From the NCBI GenBank assembly GCA_021498095.1, contig JAIZWK010000001.1:4194758-4226757 (forward strand): a DNA stretch of 32,000 nt, read 5' to 3'. Shown here piece by piece: positions 18,551 through 26,746 of the stretch (position 1 is the first letter of the stretch; the number at the start of each line of letters is the position of its first letter). Under the pieces are notes generated by a model. That model saw nothing but the letters and a program-made list of their open reading frames with translations, ran no database searches and was not told where the DNA came from. The position numbers and the translations under genes are program-made. Source of the DNA: Candidatus Harpocratesius repetitus. Its GTDB lineage: Archaea > Asgardarchaeota > Lokiarchaeia > Sigyniarchaeales > Promethearchaeaceae.

Positions 18551-18819
18551 AAGTTAATCACTCAAGATAATTATTTCTAAGTATATGATGATGTTGCCTC
18601 CATTTATAACAATTATATTGTAAAAATTCCAAGAAAGATTGTACGTTTGTGTAAATACTACTTTTCGAATGTCGCCCAAATTTGTCTGAAGCAATTCAAA
18701 CAAATTTTTATTTTTCTTTCTTTGGAGGTAATTTTTAGTCATTACGTTCATAAATAATGCTTTCTTACATGTGATCACTAGGTGTATCGCTAAACGCCTG
18801 TTATTAGGGGTAATAAAAA

Positions 18820-19992
18820 ATGTCGAAAATAAAGAATATTGTAGTAATTGGAGCGGGGCTAATGGGCTCAGGAATAGCACAAGTCTCAATTCAAGCAGGA
18901 TACAATGTAACCTTAGTAGATATTAAAGACGAATTTATTGAAAAAGGGTTAAAGAGCATATTAAAAGGCTTAAGTAGATTGGAACAGAAGGGAAAACTTG
19001 GTGAAGGAGTTAGTGCTCAAAGTTTAGTTTCTAAAATTCAAAAAACAACCAATATTCCTCAAGCAGTACAAAATGCAGATTTAATTATCGAAGCTGTGAT
19101 TGAAAATCTTAAAATAAAACAAGATGTATTTCGCACTTGTGATGAAAATGCACCAGCTGATTGTTTAATTGCCTCAAATACTTCTTCAATGAGTATAACA
19201 AAAATTGCAGAAGCAACAAAACGTCCAGAAAAATGTTTGGGAATCCATTTCTTTAATCCAGTTCCATTAATGAAATTGGTTGAAGTAATTAAAGGCGAAA
19301 AAACTTCAGAAGATACATTAAATACCGCTCAAAAATGGGCAGAAAGTCTTCCTTGTAGAAGTCCACGATATGTGCCATTAGTATTAAAGGATCGACCCGG
19401 ATTTATTGCAAATCGAATGATTGCACCTGCTTTTATTCTTATGAACTGGGCTTTTGAACAAGCAGTAAAAGAAGGCATATCTTGGGAATCTTTAAATGCA
19501 GATACTCTAAAAGAAGGATTGCCAATGGGATATTTAGAACTAGGTGATTATGTTGGGCATGATACCTATTATCATATCAATACATATTATTCAAAAACAC
19601 TTTCTCCTGATTTTACTCCTGGACCCGTTTATACTAAAATGGTGGAAGATAAAAAACTTGGAAGAAAAACCGGTCAAGGCTTTTTTGATTGGTCACAAGG
19701 TCGTCCAAAGTTACTAAATGAACCCAAAGCAAATTTGCTGTCAGCAGAATTACTAGATGCAATTGAGGCAAATGAAGGGTGTCGGTTATTAGAAGAGGGT
19801 GTAGTTAAACATTGGCATATAATTGATGAAACAATGATGGCAGGATTTAACCGCCCTGGAGTCATGAAAGATGCAGTAAGTAATTACGAAAAATGGGCGA
19901 AGATGCTTGAAGAAATTGCAGGAAAAATCGATAAACCATATTTAATGCCTTGTGAAATGTTAAAAACGGGTAAATTTATAGAACTTAAATGA
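18820..19992 (+). CDS. 3-hydroxyacyl-CoA dehydrogenase (NAD-binding plus C-terminal dimerisation domains)
   Basis: VVIGAGLMGSGIAQ, IIEAVIEN, ASNTSS, GIHFFNPVPLMKLVE, PGFIANR, LGRKTGQGFF. Confidence 0.93.
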   Translation: MSKIKNIVVIGAGLMGSGIAQVSIQAGYNVTLVDIKDEFIEKGLKSILKGLSRLEQKGKLGEGVSAQSLVSKIQKTTNIPQAVQNADLIIEAVIENLKIKQDVFRTCDENAPADCLIASNTSSMSITKIAEATKRPEKCLGIHFFNPVPLMKLVEVIKGEKTSEDTLNTAQKWAESLPCRSPRYVPLVLKDRPGFIANRMIAPAFILMNWAFEQAVKEGISWESLNADTLKEGLPMGYLELGDYVGHDTYYHINTYYSKTLSPDFTPGPVYTKMVEDKKLGRKTGQGFFDWSQGRPKLLNEPKANLLSAELLDAIEANEGCRLLEEGVVKHWHIIDETMMAGFNRPGVMKDAVSNYEKWAKMLEEIAGKIDKPYLMPCEMLKTGKFIELK

Positions 19993-20197
19993 TTTTCAAT
20001 TAATTAATTCAATTTAACCTTCTTTTTTATTAAATTCTTTTTTATTATCTTCTTCTTTCGATAATATCCTCTATTATAAGGGCTTAATAGCATCAATAAA
20101 AATAAAGAATGAAAATACTTAAATCTATTTCTATAGAAAAAAATAGAGAAGAAAGTGATAGATTGATAGATTTTCAAGTGAAGATGAAATCATATAC

Positions 20198-20650
20198 TTA
20201 TTTAATTTGAAGTAGCTTTAATTGTTTCTCTAATTGTTGAATTTGGTCAAAAAGCTCAAATTCATGACATTTTTGTTTTGTAATATCAACAATAAAACCT
20301 TCGATATATTCCAATTCATGTGTTTCCTTTGAGTAAATTCCATATCCTTCATCCATGACCCATTTTTCGTTATCACCAGCAGTTTTAATCATATAACTAA
20401 GATGATATGCAATTTTATTCTCTACTGCAAATTGAACTTGACTTCTAACTAAATCACGGTGATCTGGATGAATGATTTCTTCGTAGGATACAGTTGCATT
20501 CTCAACTAATTCACCCGGTTTATATCCTGTTAAGCAAAAGCTGCCTTCACTAACAAATATCTTTGTCCAGTGTTCGTCATTTCGACTTCTGTAAATCATA
20601 ATTGGTAAATTCTGCAACATTTTTTTTAGATCAACAGAATCTATATCCAT
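20198..20650 (-). CDS. Stand-alone PAS domain protein with C-terminal coiled coil
   Basis: FVSEG…LTGYKPGEL, IIHPDHRDLV, YMIKTAGDNEKWV, IEGFIVDIT; no kinase or other output domain. Confidence 0.85.
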   Translation of the reverse strand: MDIDSVDLKKMLQNLPIMIYRSRNDEHWTKIFVSEGSFCLTGYKPGELVENATVSYEEIIHPDHRDLVRSQVQFAVENKIAYHLSYMIKTAGDNEKWVMDEGYGIYSKETHELEYIEGFIVDITKQKCHEFELFDQIQQLEKQLKLLQIK

Positions 20651-20746
20651 AATCGATTATAACAAAAGCCAAAATTTATGGTTTTCTAATTTGGGAGCAT
20701 TATCCCCAAAATATATCATCTTTTTATCATGATAACATATAATTAG

Positions 20747-21796
20747 TTAACTTTTTTTACGAAACTGACATTTCAGTTGCCCACATGCTGCCTGAATTTC
20801 ATCACCTAAAGTTCGTCGAATTGTATTTGGAATATGATTTCTTGTAAGAATTTGTTGAAACGCTTCAATCTTTTCCAAAGAAGGAGGTTTAAAGGGAAAA
20901 TCAAGTAAAGGGCTTGCACTGTTAACAGGAATTAGATTAACATGACACAGCATTCCAGATAGAAGATTACTTAATTTATATGCCATTTTGATAGAATCAT
21001 TAATACCCGAAATAAGAGAATATTCAAAAGTAATTCTTCGATGAGTCCGTTCAATATAATCTCTACATGCTTGAATTAATTCATTAATCGGATATTTTTT
21101 GCTAATTGGTACAATTTGATTGCGAATTGAATCAATTGGCGCATGTAATGAGATTGCGAGGGTAATTGGAATCTCCAAATCAGCTAATTCATAAATTTTT
21201 GGGATAATTCCGCATGTCGAAAGTGTAATATGCCGATATCCTAAATTTAAACCATCCTTTTCATGAACTAAATTAAGAAAACGAACAACTTCAGTAAAAT
21301 TATCTAATGGTTCACCAGAGCCCATTAAAACTACAGAAGCGACACGTTGACATGTTTGTTCTTGAATCGTTAAAATTTGTTGGATCATTTCTCCTGCTGT
21401 CAAATTTCGAAAAAAGCCTTCTTTCCCAGAGGCACAGAATGCACAATGCATTTTACATCCCACTTGAGTAGAAATACAAGCGGATATGCCGTGATGATAT
21501 TCCATTTTTACCGTTTCAATTGAAGCACCATCATGAAGCGTAATTAAATATTTTACAGTATGATCAGCAGATTTTAATGTTTGTTTAATTTCTGGTTTAA
21601 AAAAGTAAAAATTTTCTGCAAGTTGAGCACGGAGCTTTTTTGGAATATTTAGCATTTCATCAAACGAAGAAATTTCGTGATATAACCACTGAAATACTTG
21701 TTTTGTGCGATATTTTGGATAATGTAATGTGTTTTCGATGAAATTTTCCAATTCTGAAATGGTCAATGAATAAATATACCGTATTTTTCCGTTCAC
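20747..21796 (-). CDS. rlmN: Dual-specificity RNA methyltransferase RlmN (radical SAM; 23S rRNA m2A2503 / tRNA m2A37)
   Basis: CISTQVGCKMHCAFCAS (CxxxCxxC), LMGSGEP, ITLSTCG, AISLHAP, ITFEY, HVNLIP, IQAACGQL (methyl-carrier Cys). GTG start. Confidence 0.92.
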   Translation of the reverse strand: MNGKIRYIYSLTISELENFIENTLHYPKYRTKQVFQWLYHEISSFDEMLNIPKKLRAQLAENFYFFKPEIKQTLKSADHTVKYLITLHDGASIETVKMEYHHGISACISTQVGCKMHCAFCASGKEGFFRNLTAGEMIQQILTIQEQTCQRVASVVLMGSGEPLDNFTEVVRFLNLVHEKDGLNLGYRHITLSTCGIIPKIYELADLEIPITLAISLHAPIDSIRNQIVPISKKYPINELIQACRDYIERTHRRITFEYSLISGINDSIKMAYKLSNLLSGMLCHVNLIPVNSASPLLDFPFKPPSLEKIEAFQQILTRNHIPNTIRRTLGDEIQAACGQLKCQFRKKS

Positions 21797-21962
21797 AATA
21801 TAAAAAGAGCAACGAGTATTTTGAAATTTCGGATTTTAGGATTAAAATTTTTCTTTTTTTCTCTAATATAGGAAATTAAATCTTAATCACCATATTTTAC
21901 ATAGAAGAAACAATAAATGATATTTCCAAGTTTTAATAAATGAAAACACTATAATACACAAA

Positions 21963-22478
21963 ATGAAAATTGGAATATTATCAGATACTCACGATCATTT
22001 AGCAAATATCTCTAAAGCAGTCGATCTATTCCTAAATGAAAAAGTAAGCAAAATTATTCATTGTGGTGATTATATTGCTCCATTTGTTATACGGGCAATG
22101 ACTAAGCTAATTGAACATAAAATACCTGTTTACGGTGTATTTGGAAATAATGATGGGGAAAGAATTGGATTAAAGAAAATTGCAGGAAAAATTATTGAAT
22201 TTAAAGGGGAATTTTTTGAATTTACCGAAAATAATTATAAATTAGCGGTTTATCATGGAACAGATGAACGAATTTTGCAAAATCTAATTCATTCCCAATT
22301 TTATGACGTGTTATTAACAGGACATACACATCAAATAAAAATTGAAAAAGTTGGGAAAACATTATTAATAAATCCTGGTGAAACATGCGGTTATCTTACT
22401 GGAAAAGCGACATGTGCAGTATTAGATTTATCATGCAAACATTTATCACAAGATAATGTTCAAATTTTCGAGTTATGA
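21963..22478 (+). CDS. YfcE/MJ0936-family metallophosphoesterase
   Basis: ILSDTHD, IHCGD, VFGNND, YHG, GHTH, INPGE. Confidence 0.9.
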   Translation: MKIGILSDTHDHLANISKAVDLFLNEKVSKIIHCGDYIAPFVIRAMTKLIEHKIPVYGVFGNNDGERIGLKKIAGKIIEFKGEFFEFTENNYKLAVYHGTDERILQNLIHSQFYDVLLTGHTHQIKIEKVGKTLLINPGETCGYLTGKATCAVLDLSCKHLSQDNVQIFEL

Positions 22479-22529
22479 GCCAAATTCACCTAAAAAAAAA
22501 TAATAAAAAAAGACTGTAATTTTTTATTA

Positions 22530-23423
22530 TTATTTCTTCTTCTGCTTATAGATTTTATAAGCTTCGATAATTTCTGGAGGGGCACGTTTACATTTTGGTA
22601 AATGGCGGAGAACTGAAACTTTTGCTTTTTGACAGAACGGACAAATTTGCTTAACTGCATCACCGGTTCCTACAGTTTTTATCTTTTTTATAACATCATT
22701 TTCAAAATCAATTGTACTAGCTGATGTAGTGCTTCTTGTATCATCATCAATCTCATCTTCAATAACTTCTTCTTCATCATCTATTCCAATTATGTCGTCT
22801 TCAAGTTCTTCTAACTCTTCATCAAGTTCTTCATCTTCTTCTTCAATTTCGTCTTCTTCGAAAATTTTACCATGTTTTTTACCTAATCCTTCTTCACGTT
22901 CATCTTCATAATCCAGTTCATCTTCTGGTTCTTCTTCAGTAACTCCAATAACTAAAGCAACATCTTCATCATCTTCGAATTCTTCTTCATCTTCGAATTC
23001 TTCATCTTCTTCATCTTCTTCGATTGCTTTTTGAGCAGATCGTTTCTTTCGCTTGACTGGTTTAACGATTTCTTCTTCAAGTTCCAAGTCATCTACATCA
23101 AGATCAAGATCTTCATCGAATTCTAAAGATTCATCACCAAAATCGTCATCAGATATGTCAATTTCATCAAGATCATAATGAAAATCAGGTGCATCATCTG
23201 CTATATACATTTCACTGTGAGTTAATTCATCTTTTCTTTCGCGATATAATTCACAAACTTGACAGACGATATTATAGGGACTCATAGTGAATTTTCGGGT
23301 TTTACATCGACAAAGCGGAGCACCTGAATTAGAAATGGCATTCAGAGAGACTAATTGCTCGCAAGCAATGACACGAACATTTTTTTTTGATTTGGAAGAT
23401 TTTTTTGGCATAATAGTGCACAC
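22530..23423 (-). CDS. Hypothetical highly acidic low-complexity protein with an N-terminal Cys cluster and a C-terminal C2HC-like Zn finger
   Basis: Long D/E-rich core with basic islands (KPVKRKKR, GKKHGK); N-terminal C…CRC…CQVC; C-terminal CPFC-x9-H-x3-C. The likely start is ATG 23411 (MPKKSSK). Confidence 0.8.
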   Translation of the reverse strand: MCTIMPKKSSKSKKNVRVIACEQLVSLNAISNSGAPLCRCKTRKFTMSPYNIVCQVCELYRERKDELTHSEMYIADDAPDFHYDLDEIDISDDDFGDESLEFDEDLDLDVDDLELEEEIVKPVKRKKRSAQKAIEEDEEDEEFEDEEEFEDDEDVALVIGVTEEEPEDELDYEDEREEGLGKKHGKIFEEDEIEEEDEELDEELEELEDDIIGIDDEEEVIEDEIDDDTRSTTSASTIDFENDVIKKIKTVGTGDAVKQICPFCQKAKVSVLRHLPKCKRAPPEIIEAYKIYKQKKK

Positions 23424-23607
23424 TAGTTAATAAGTAAAAATAAGGAGAAATGAACAAAATTCTTCAGTAACGTGATGGTAAATTATTCATTTAAAAAAAA
23501 TTTTTTGTTTTAATTAATTTCAACTGTTAAAAGCACTTAATTAGAATCACTATTTTCATATAGATGCTTCATTTTCTATTGCATATTTTACTACATTCGT
23601 TATCTAT

Positions 23608-23701
23608 TAGAGATTTATTTGTATTTAGATGCTTTTTTTACATATAGATGCTTTATTTGTATTTAGATGCTTTTTTTATTTTTAGATACTTTATTTTAAT
23701 G
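23608..23701. repeat. 19-bp-period imperfect tandem repeat, core TAGAT(G/A)CTTT
   Basis: Cores start at 23626, 23645, 23664 and 23683 (exact 19-bp spacing). A degenerate unit lies at 23608 and an isolated TAGATGCTT at 23561. Confidence 0.85.
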
Positions 23702-23704
23702 TTG

Positions 23705-24625
23705 ATGTCTATGGTTATTTCAGAACTTTTCTACGAAGAGCCTGTATATAGGCCGCCATCTGAAGGAAAAAAATCATTATTAATTACAGCCACTGTAGGA
23801 TGTTCTTTTAAATGTACATTTTGCTATCCATACCGACATAAAAAATTCCGTATTAGAGCTGTTGATGAGATAATTGAAGATATCAAAAAAGCGCGAAAAA
23901 TGTTAGGTCCAAATGTTGAACGAATATTTTTGTTGGACGGCAATGCTTTTGTGATGAAACCAAATGATTTAGTTGCAATATCGGAAGCTTGCTACAAATA
24001 TCATCCAAAACTGCAGAGGGTTAGCGCATATGCACATGCAAAAGATATTCTTCGTAAAAGCGACTTAGAATTGAAAGAAATCCAAAATTCAGGTATAACA
24101 ATGGTGTATATGGGCATAGAAACTGGGGATGATGAATTGCTGCAGAAAATTAACAAACATACGAACGCAAATGAATTGCAACAAGCTGCACAGAAATTGC
24201 ATAAAGCCAGAATAATTCTATCAGGCACAGTTATTTTAGGATTAGCAGGAGATAATATTGAACTTAGTAGGCGACATGCAATTAGAACAGCCCAGTTAAT
24301 TAATTCCATGAACCCTGCAAAGCATCAAGATTGGTATATCTCAGCATTAACCTTAATGCTCCCTCCAGGAACTCTCCTTGCAAATAAATATCAAAATGGA
24401 GAATTCACTCCACTTTCTCAAACAGGGATATTGCAAGAACTTCGATTAATGATTGAACATATCTCTGATGATGTTCATGATTGCATTTTTCGGAGCAATC
24501 ATGCATCTAATTACTTGGTATTAAAGGGTATTTTAAGTAAGGATAAACAGAAATTCTTGCATCTAATTGATCAAGCACTTCAAAATCCATCAATGCTCCG
24601 ACCGGAATTTTTTAGAGGGCTTTAG
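23705..24625 (+). CDS. Uncharacterised radical SAM protein (YRPPSE-type N-terminus)
   Basis: EEPVYRPPSE, TVGCSFKCTFCY (CxxxCxxC), FLLDGNAF, YMGIETG, FRSNHASNY. The track's 23648 start is an extension through the repeat; the real start is probably 23699-23711. Confidence 0.88.
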   Translation: MSMVISELFYEEPVYRPPSEGKKSLLITATVGCSFKCTFCYPYRHKKFRIRAVDEIIEDIKKARKMLGPNVERIFLLDGNAFVMKPNDLVAISEACYKYHPKLQRVSAYAHAKDILRKSDLELKEIQNSGITMVYMGIETGDDELLQKINKHTNANELQQAAQKLHKARIILSGTVILGLAGDNIELSRRHAIRTAQLINSMNPAKHQDWYISALTLMLPPGTLLANKYQNGEFTPLSQTGILQELRLMIEHISDDVHDCIFRSNHASNYLVLKGILSKDKQKFLHLIDQALQNPSMLRPEFFRGL

Positions 24626-24629
24626 AAAA

Positions 24630-24674
24630 ATATCTTTATCACTGAAATCAAGATTATTAAAATGATAAAGATAT
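24630..24674. terminator. 12-bp inverted repeat ATATCTTTATCA-N21-TGATAAAGATAT followed by a T-run; terminator or operator
   Basis: Seen directly, immediately after the radical SAM stop codon and 60 bp before the prenyltransferase gene. Confidence 0.45.
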
Positions 24675-24736
24675 CTTTTTAGGTTCAAGGCGCGTTAATG
24701 TATTAAACAAGAGAGTAAGAAAGAAGGAATAAACGA

Positions 24737-25861
24737 ATGAATGAGCAATTTCTAATGATCTTGGAAAAAGAACGGGAAAAAATCAATAAAAAGATCGATT
24801 CAATTTACCGAAATCTAATTGAACAAGAAGAAGAAACCTATCTTCGGAAATTTCATACATATTCTTATAATTTTACTAAGGGTCCAGGTAGAAGGATATT
24901 ACCCATTTGTTTAGTTAATATTTTTTTGGGATTATCTGGCGATCGGGATATTGCAGAGATGATTGATGAAGTTTATAAAATCAGTATATCAGTAGAGTTA
25001 TTACATATTTCAAGCCTAATAATTGATGATTTAATCGACAAAGAAGAAATTCGAAGAGGTTTACCAACTTTCCATAAATCTATTTTACAATTAGAGAAAT
25101 TACCAGATTTAATTGAAAATTCATCAAATATTTCAGAAGAAGATAAGGAAAAATCACAAGAATTTGAAACTTCAGCCGCAATATATGGAGGAAATATCAC
25201 TTCCTTAATTGGAAGTCGTTTAATTTTGGAATCAAATTTTGATAATGCACGAAAAGAGAAAAGCCTTCAGATTTATTTATCCGGACTTGAAGGAATTATC
25301 AGAGGACATCTGTTAGACGAACACTACAAATTGAAACATTTAGATCAAATTACTCTTGAAGATTATCTAATATTAAGTGCCTTAAAACGTGGAAAACCAA
25401 TGGAGACAGCAGTTGGTATCGGCGCAATATTGGGACATGCGCGCTCTTCTCAGTTGGAACCCTTGATGCAAGCCATGAATAAAATAGGTATAATTGATCA
25501 ATTGATGAATGATGTAAAAGGTAGTTTCGGAGATCCAAAGGAAAAATCGATTAGTTCAGATATTACTAGCGGGCAATGTACAATCTTAACAATTATTGCA
25601 TATCAATCAGCAACATCCGAACAAAAAGAAATATTAAATTCAACATTAGGAAATCGCAGTGCATCAAAAGAGCAGATAGAAGCGGTGCGGGAAATTTTTA
25701 AGTCAACAGGCGCGTTAGAATTTGTAAAAATGTATTCTAATAGTTTAAAAAATGATATTTATAATTTACTGCAAAAGGTTTACCCTGGATTGAAGGCAGA
25801 AATTATGAAATTTTTTAACGATTTGTTAAATTATATTACCGATCTTCCTGTCTTTAAGTGA
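24737..25861 (+). CDS. Polyprenyl synthetase (trans-IDS/GGPPS) family protein with degenerate motifs
   Basis: First Asp-rich motif is intact (SLIIDDLIDKEEIRRG), plus AIYGGNI and SSDITSGQCT. Other motifs are altered: GRRILP, GHLLD, LKRG, DQLMNDVKG. Confidence 0.85.
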   Translation: MNEQFLMILEKEREKINKKIDSIYRNLIEQEEETYLRKFHTYSYNFTKGPGRRILPICLVNIFLGLSGDRDIAEMIDEVYKISISVELLHISSLIIDDLIDKEEIRRGLPTFHKSILQLEKLPDLIENSSNISEEDKEKSQEFETSAAIYGGNITSLIGSRLILESNFDNARKEKSLQIYLSGLEGIIRGHLLDEHYKLKHLDQITLEDYLILSALKRGKPMETAVGIGAILGHARSSQLEPLMQAMNKIGIIDQLMNDVKGSFGDPKEKSISSDITSGQCTILTIIAYQSATSEQKEILNSTLGNRSASKEQIEAVREIFKSTGALEFVKMYSNSLKNDIYNLLQKVYPGLKAEIMKFFNDLLNYITDLPVFK

Positions 25862-25950
25862 AATGTCTCTTTTTTTTTATTCTACAAAGCATCTCCTTAC
25901 TTTTTTATCAGAGAATTATTTTATTGGATTTTGAGAAACACCATAATTTT

Positions 25951-25987
25951 TATTAATTGTTTTTGAAAGAATAATCAACAATTAATA
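25951..25987. promoter_or_regulatory. 11-bp inverted repeat TATTAATTGTT-N15-AACAATTAATA upstream of the hypothetical-TrmB pair
   Basis: Seen directly, about 40 bp upstream of the ATG at 26027. It is AT-rich, so chance cannot be excluded. Confidence 0.35.
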
Positions 25988-26026
25988 CACTGCAAAATTA
26001 TCCCTTTATGGGGAGATATATTTAGA

Positions 26027-26746
26027 ATGTCGAATGTCAATAATCTGATCGAATTTCCACATCCTTTAATAAAACGAAATTATCATCTAATTCGCCACTA
26101 TTTATTGTTTCTAGTTGATATTGGATTAGATTATCTAAAAAGAGAATATCTTCGCCATAATTCAGAAACTTCTTTTCAAGAATTTACCGCAAATAATTAT
26201 TATGATTATATTCTAAAGGATTATCTTCGTCGCAAATTGAAAGGGATATTAAAAGTCATTTTAAAAGCATCTGTAGAAGCAACTAAATATTTTAAAGATG
26301 AAAAAATCGATGCATCTGAATTAGATAGAATTGTGAAAAAATATTATCCCGAATATGCAGAAAATGATATGTCTCTTCTTCATAGCTCACCTAGCCATCC
26401 TAATCGAAGTGAATTGGAAACGATCAGTCGACTTACTTTTAGAGTGGCAATCATTCAAACAACACGAATTATTCAATGCAAGTATGAAAATATTAGTTAT
26501 TATTCTGATCTCATCCGAACGGTTTATCCAGACAAAATACAATGCCAAATTTCTTTACATGCTATATTAACTATGATAGATCAAATGATTGACTGTTTTG
26601 AAAGATCTTTAGATCTGATCTCCATTCCTTTTTACAAACCGACATGGAACTTGCGTGATTTTGCATATATTCGCAAAATATATGAATTTGCAATTACAGA
26701 AACTAATCATCAAATTGATTTAATTTATCAGGGGGAAAAAATATGA
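26027..26746 (+). CDS. Hypothetical, predicted all-alpha protein, translationally coupled to the TrmB gene
   Basis: 239-aa ORF with a GGGGAG SD-like element upstream and an ATGA overlap with the next gene; no motif recognised. Confidence 0.75.
   Translation: MSNVNNLIEFPHPLIKRNYHLIRHYLLFLVDIGLDYLKREYLRHNSETSFQEFTANNYYDYILKDYLRRKLKGILKVILKASVEATKYFKDEKIDASELDRIVKKYYPEYAENDMSLLHSSPSHPNRSELETISRLTFRVAIIQTTRIIQCKYENISYYSDLIRTVYPDKIQCQISLHAILTMIDQMIDCFERSLDLISIPFYKPTWNLRDFAYIRKIYEFAITETNHQIDLIYQGEKI

Noticed and set aside
18752-18889. 5' part of the track ORF 18554..18889
   Set aside because: It overlaps the start and promoter of the 3-hydroxyacyl-CoA dehydrogenase on the opposite strand; only the 3' part is kept as a weak candidate.
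22729-22911. Poly-Ser ORF
   Set aside because: Antisense read-out of GAA/GAT codons of the acidic protein.
23608-23701. CRISPR array, replication origin (ORB), or a hydrophobic N-terminal extension of the radical SAM protein
   Set aside because: Units are contiguous with no unique spacers, there are no cas or cdc6 genes nearby and no ORB-like G-string, and the extension is just the translated repeat.
25490-25540. NDVKGSFGD as a true terpene-synthase NSE/DTE motif
   Set aside because: Archaeal GGPP synthases commonly have DDxxGxFGD here, so only the D-to-N change is unusual; it is not enough to call a cyclase.
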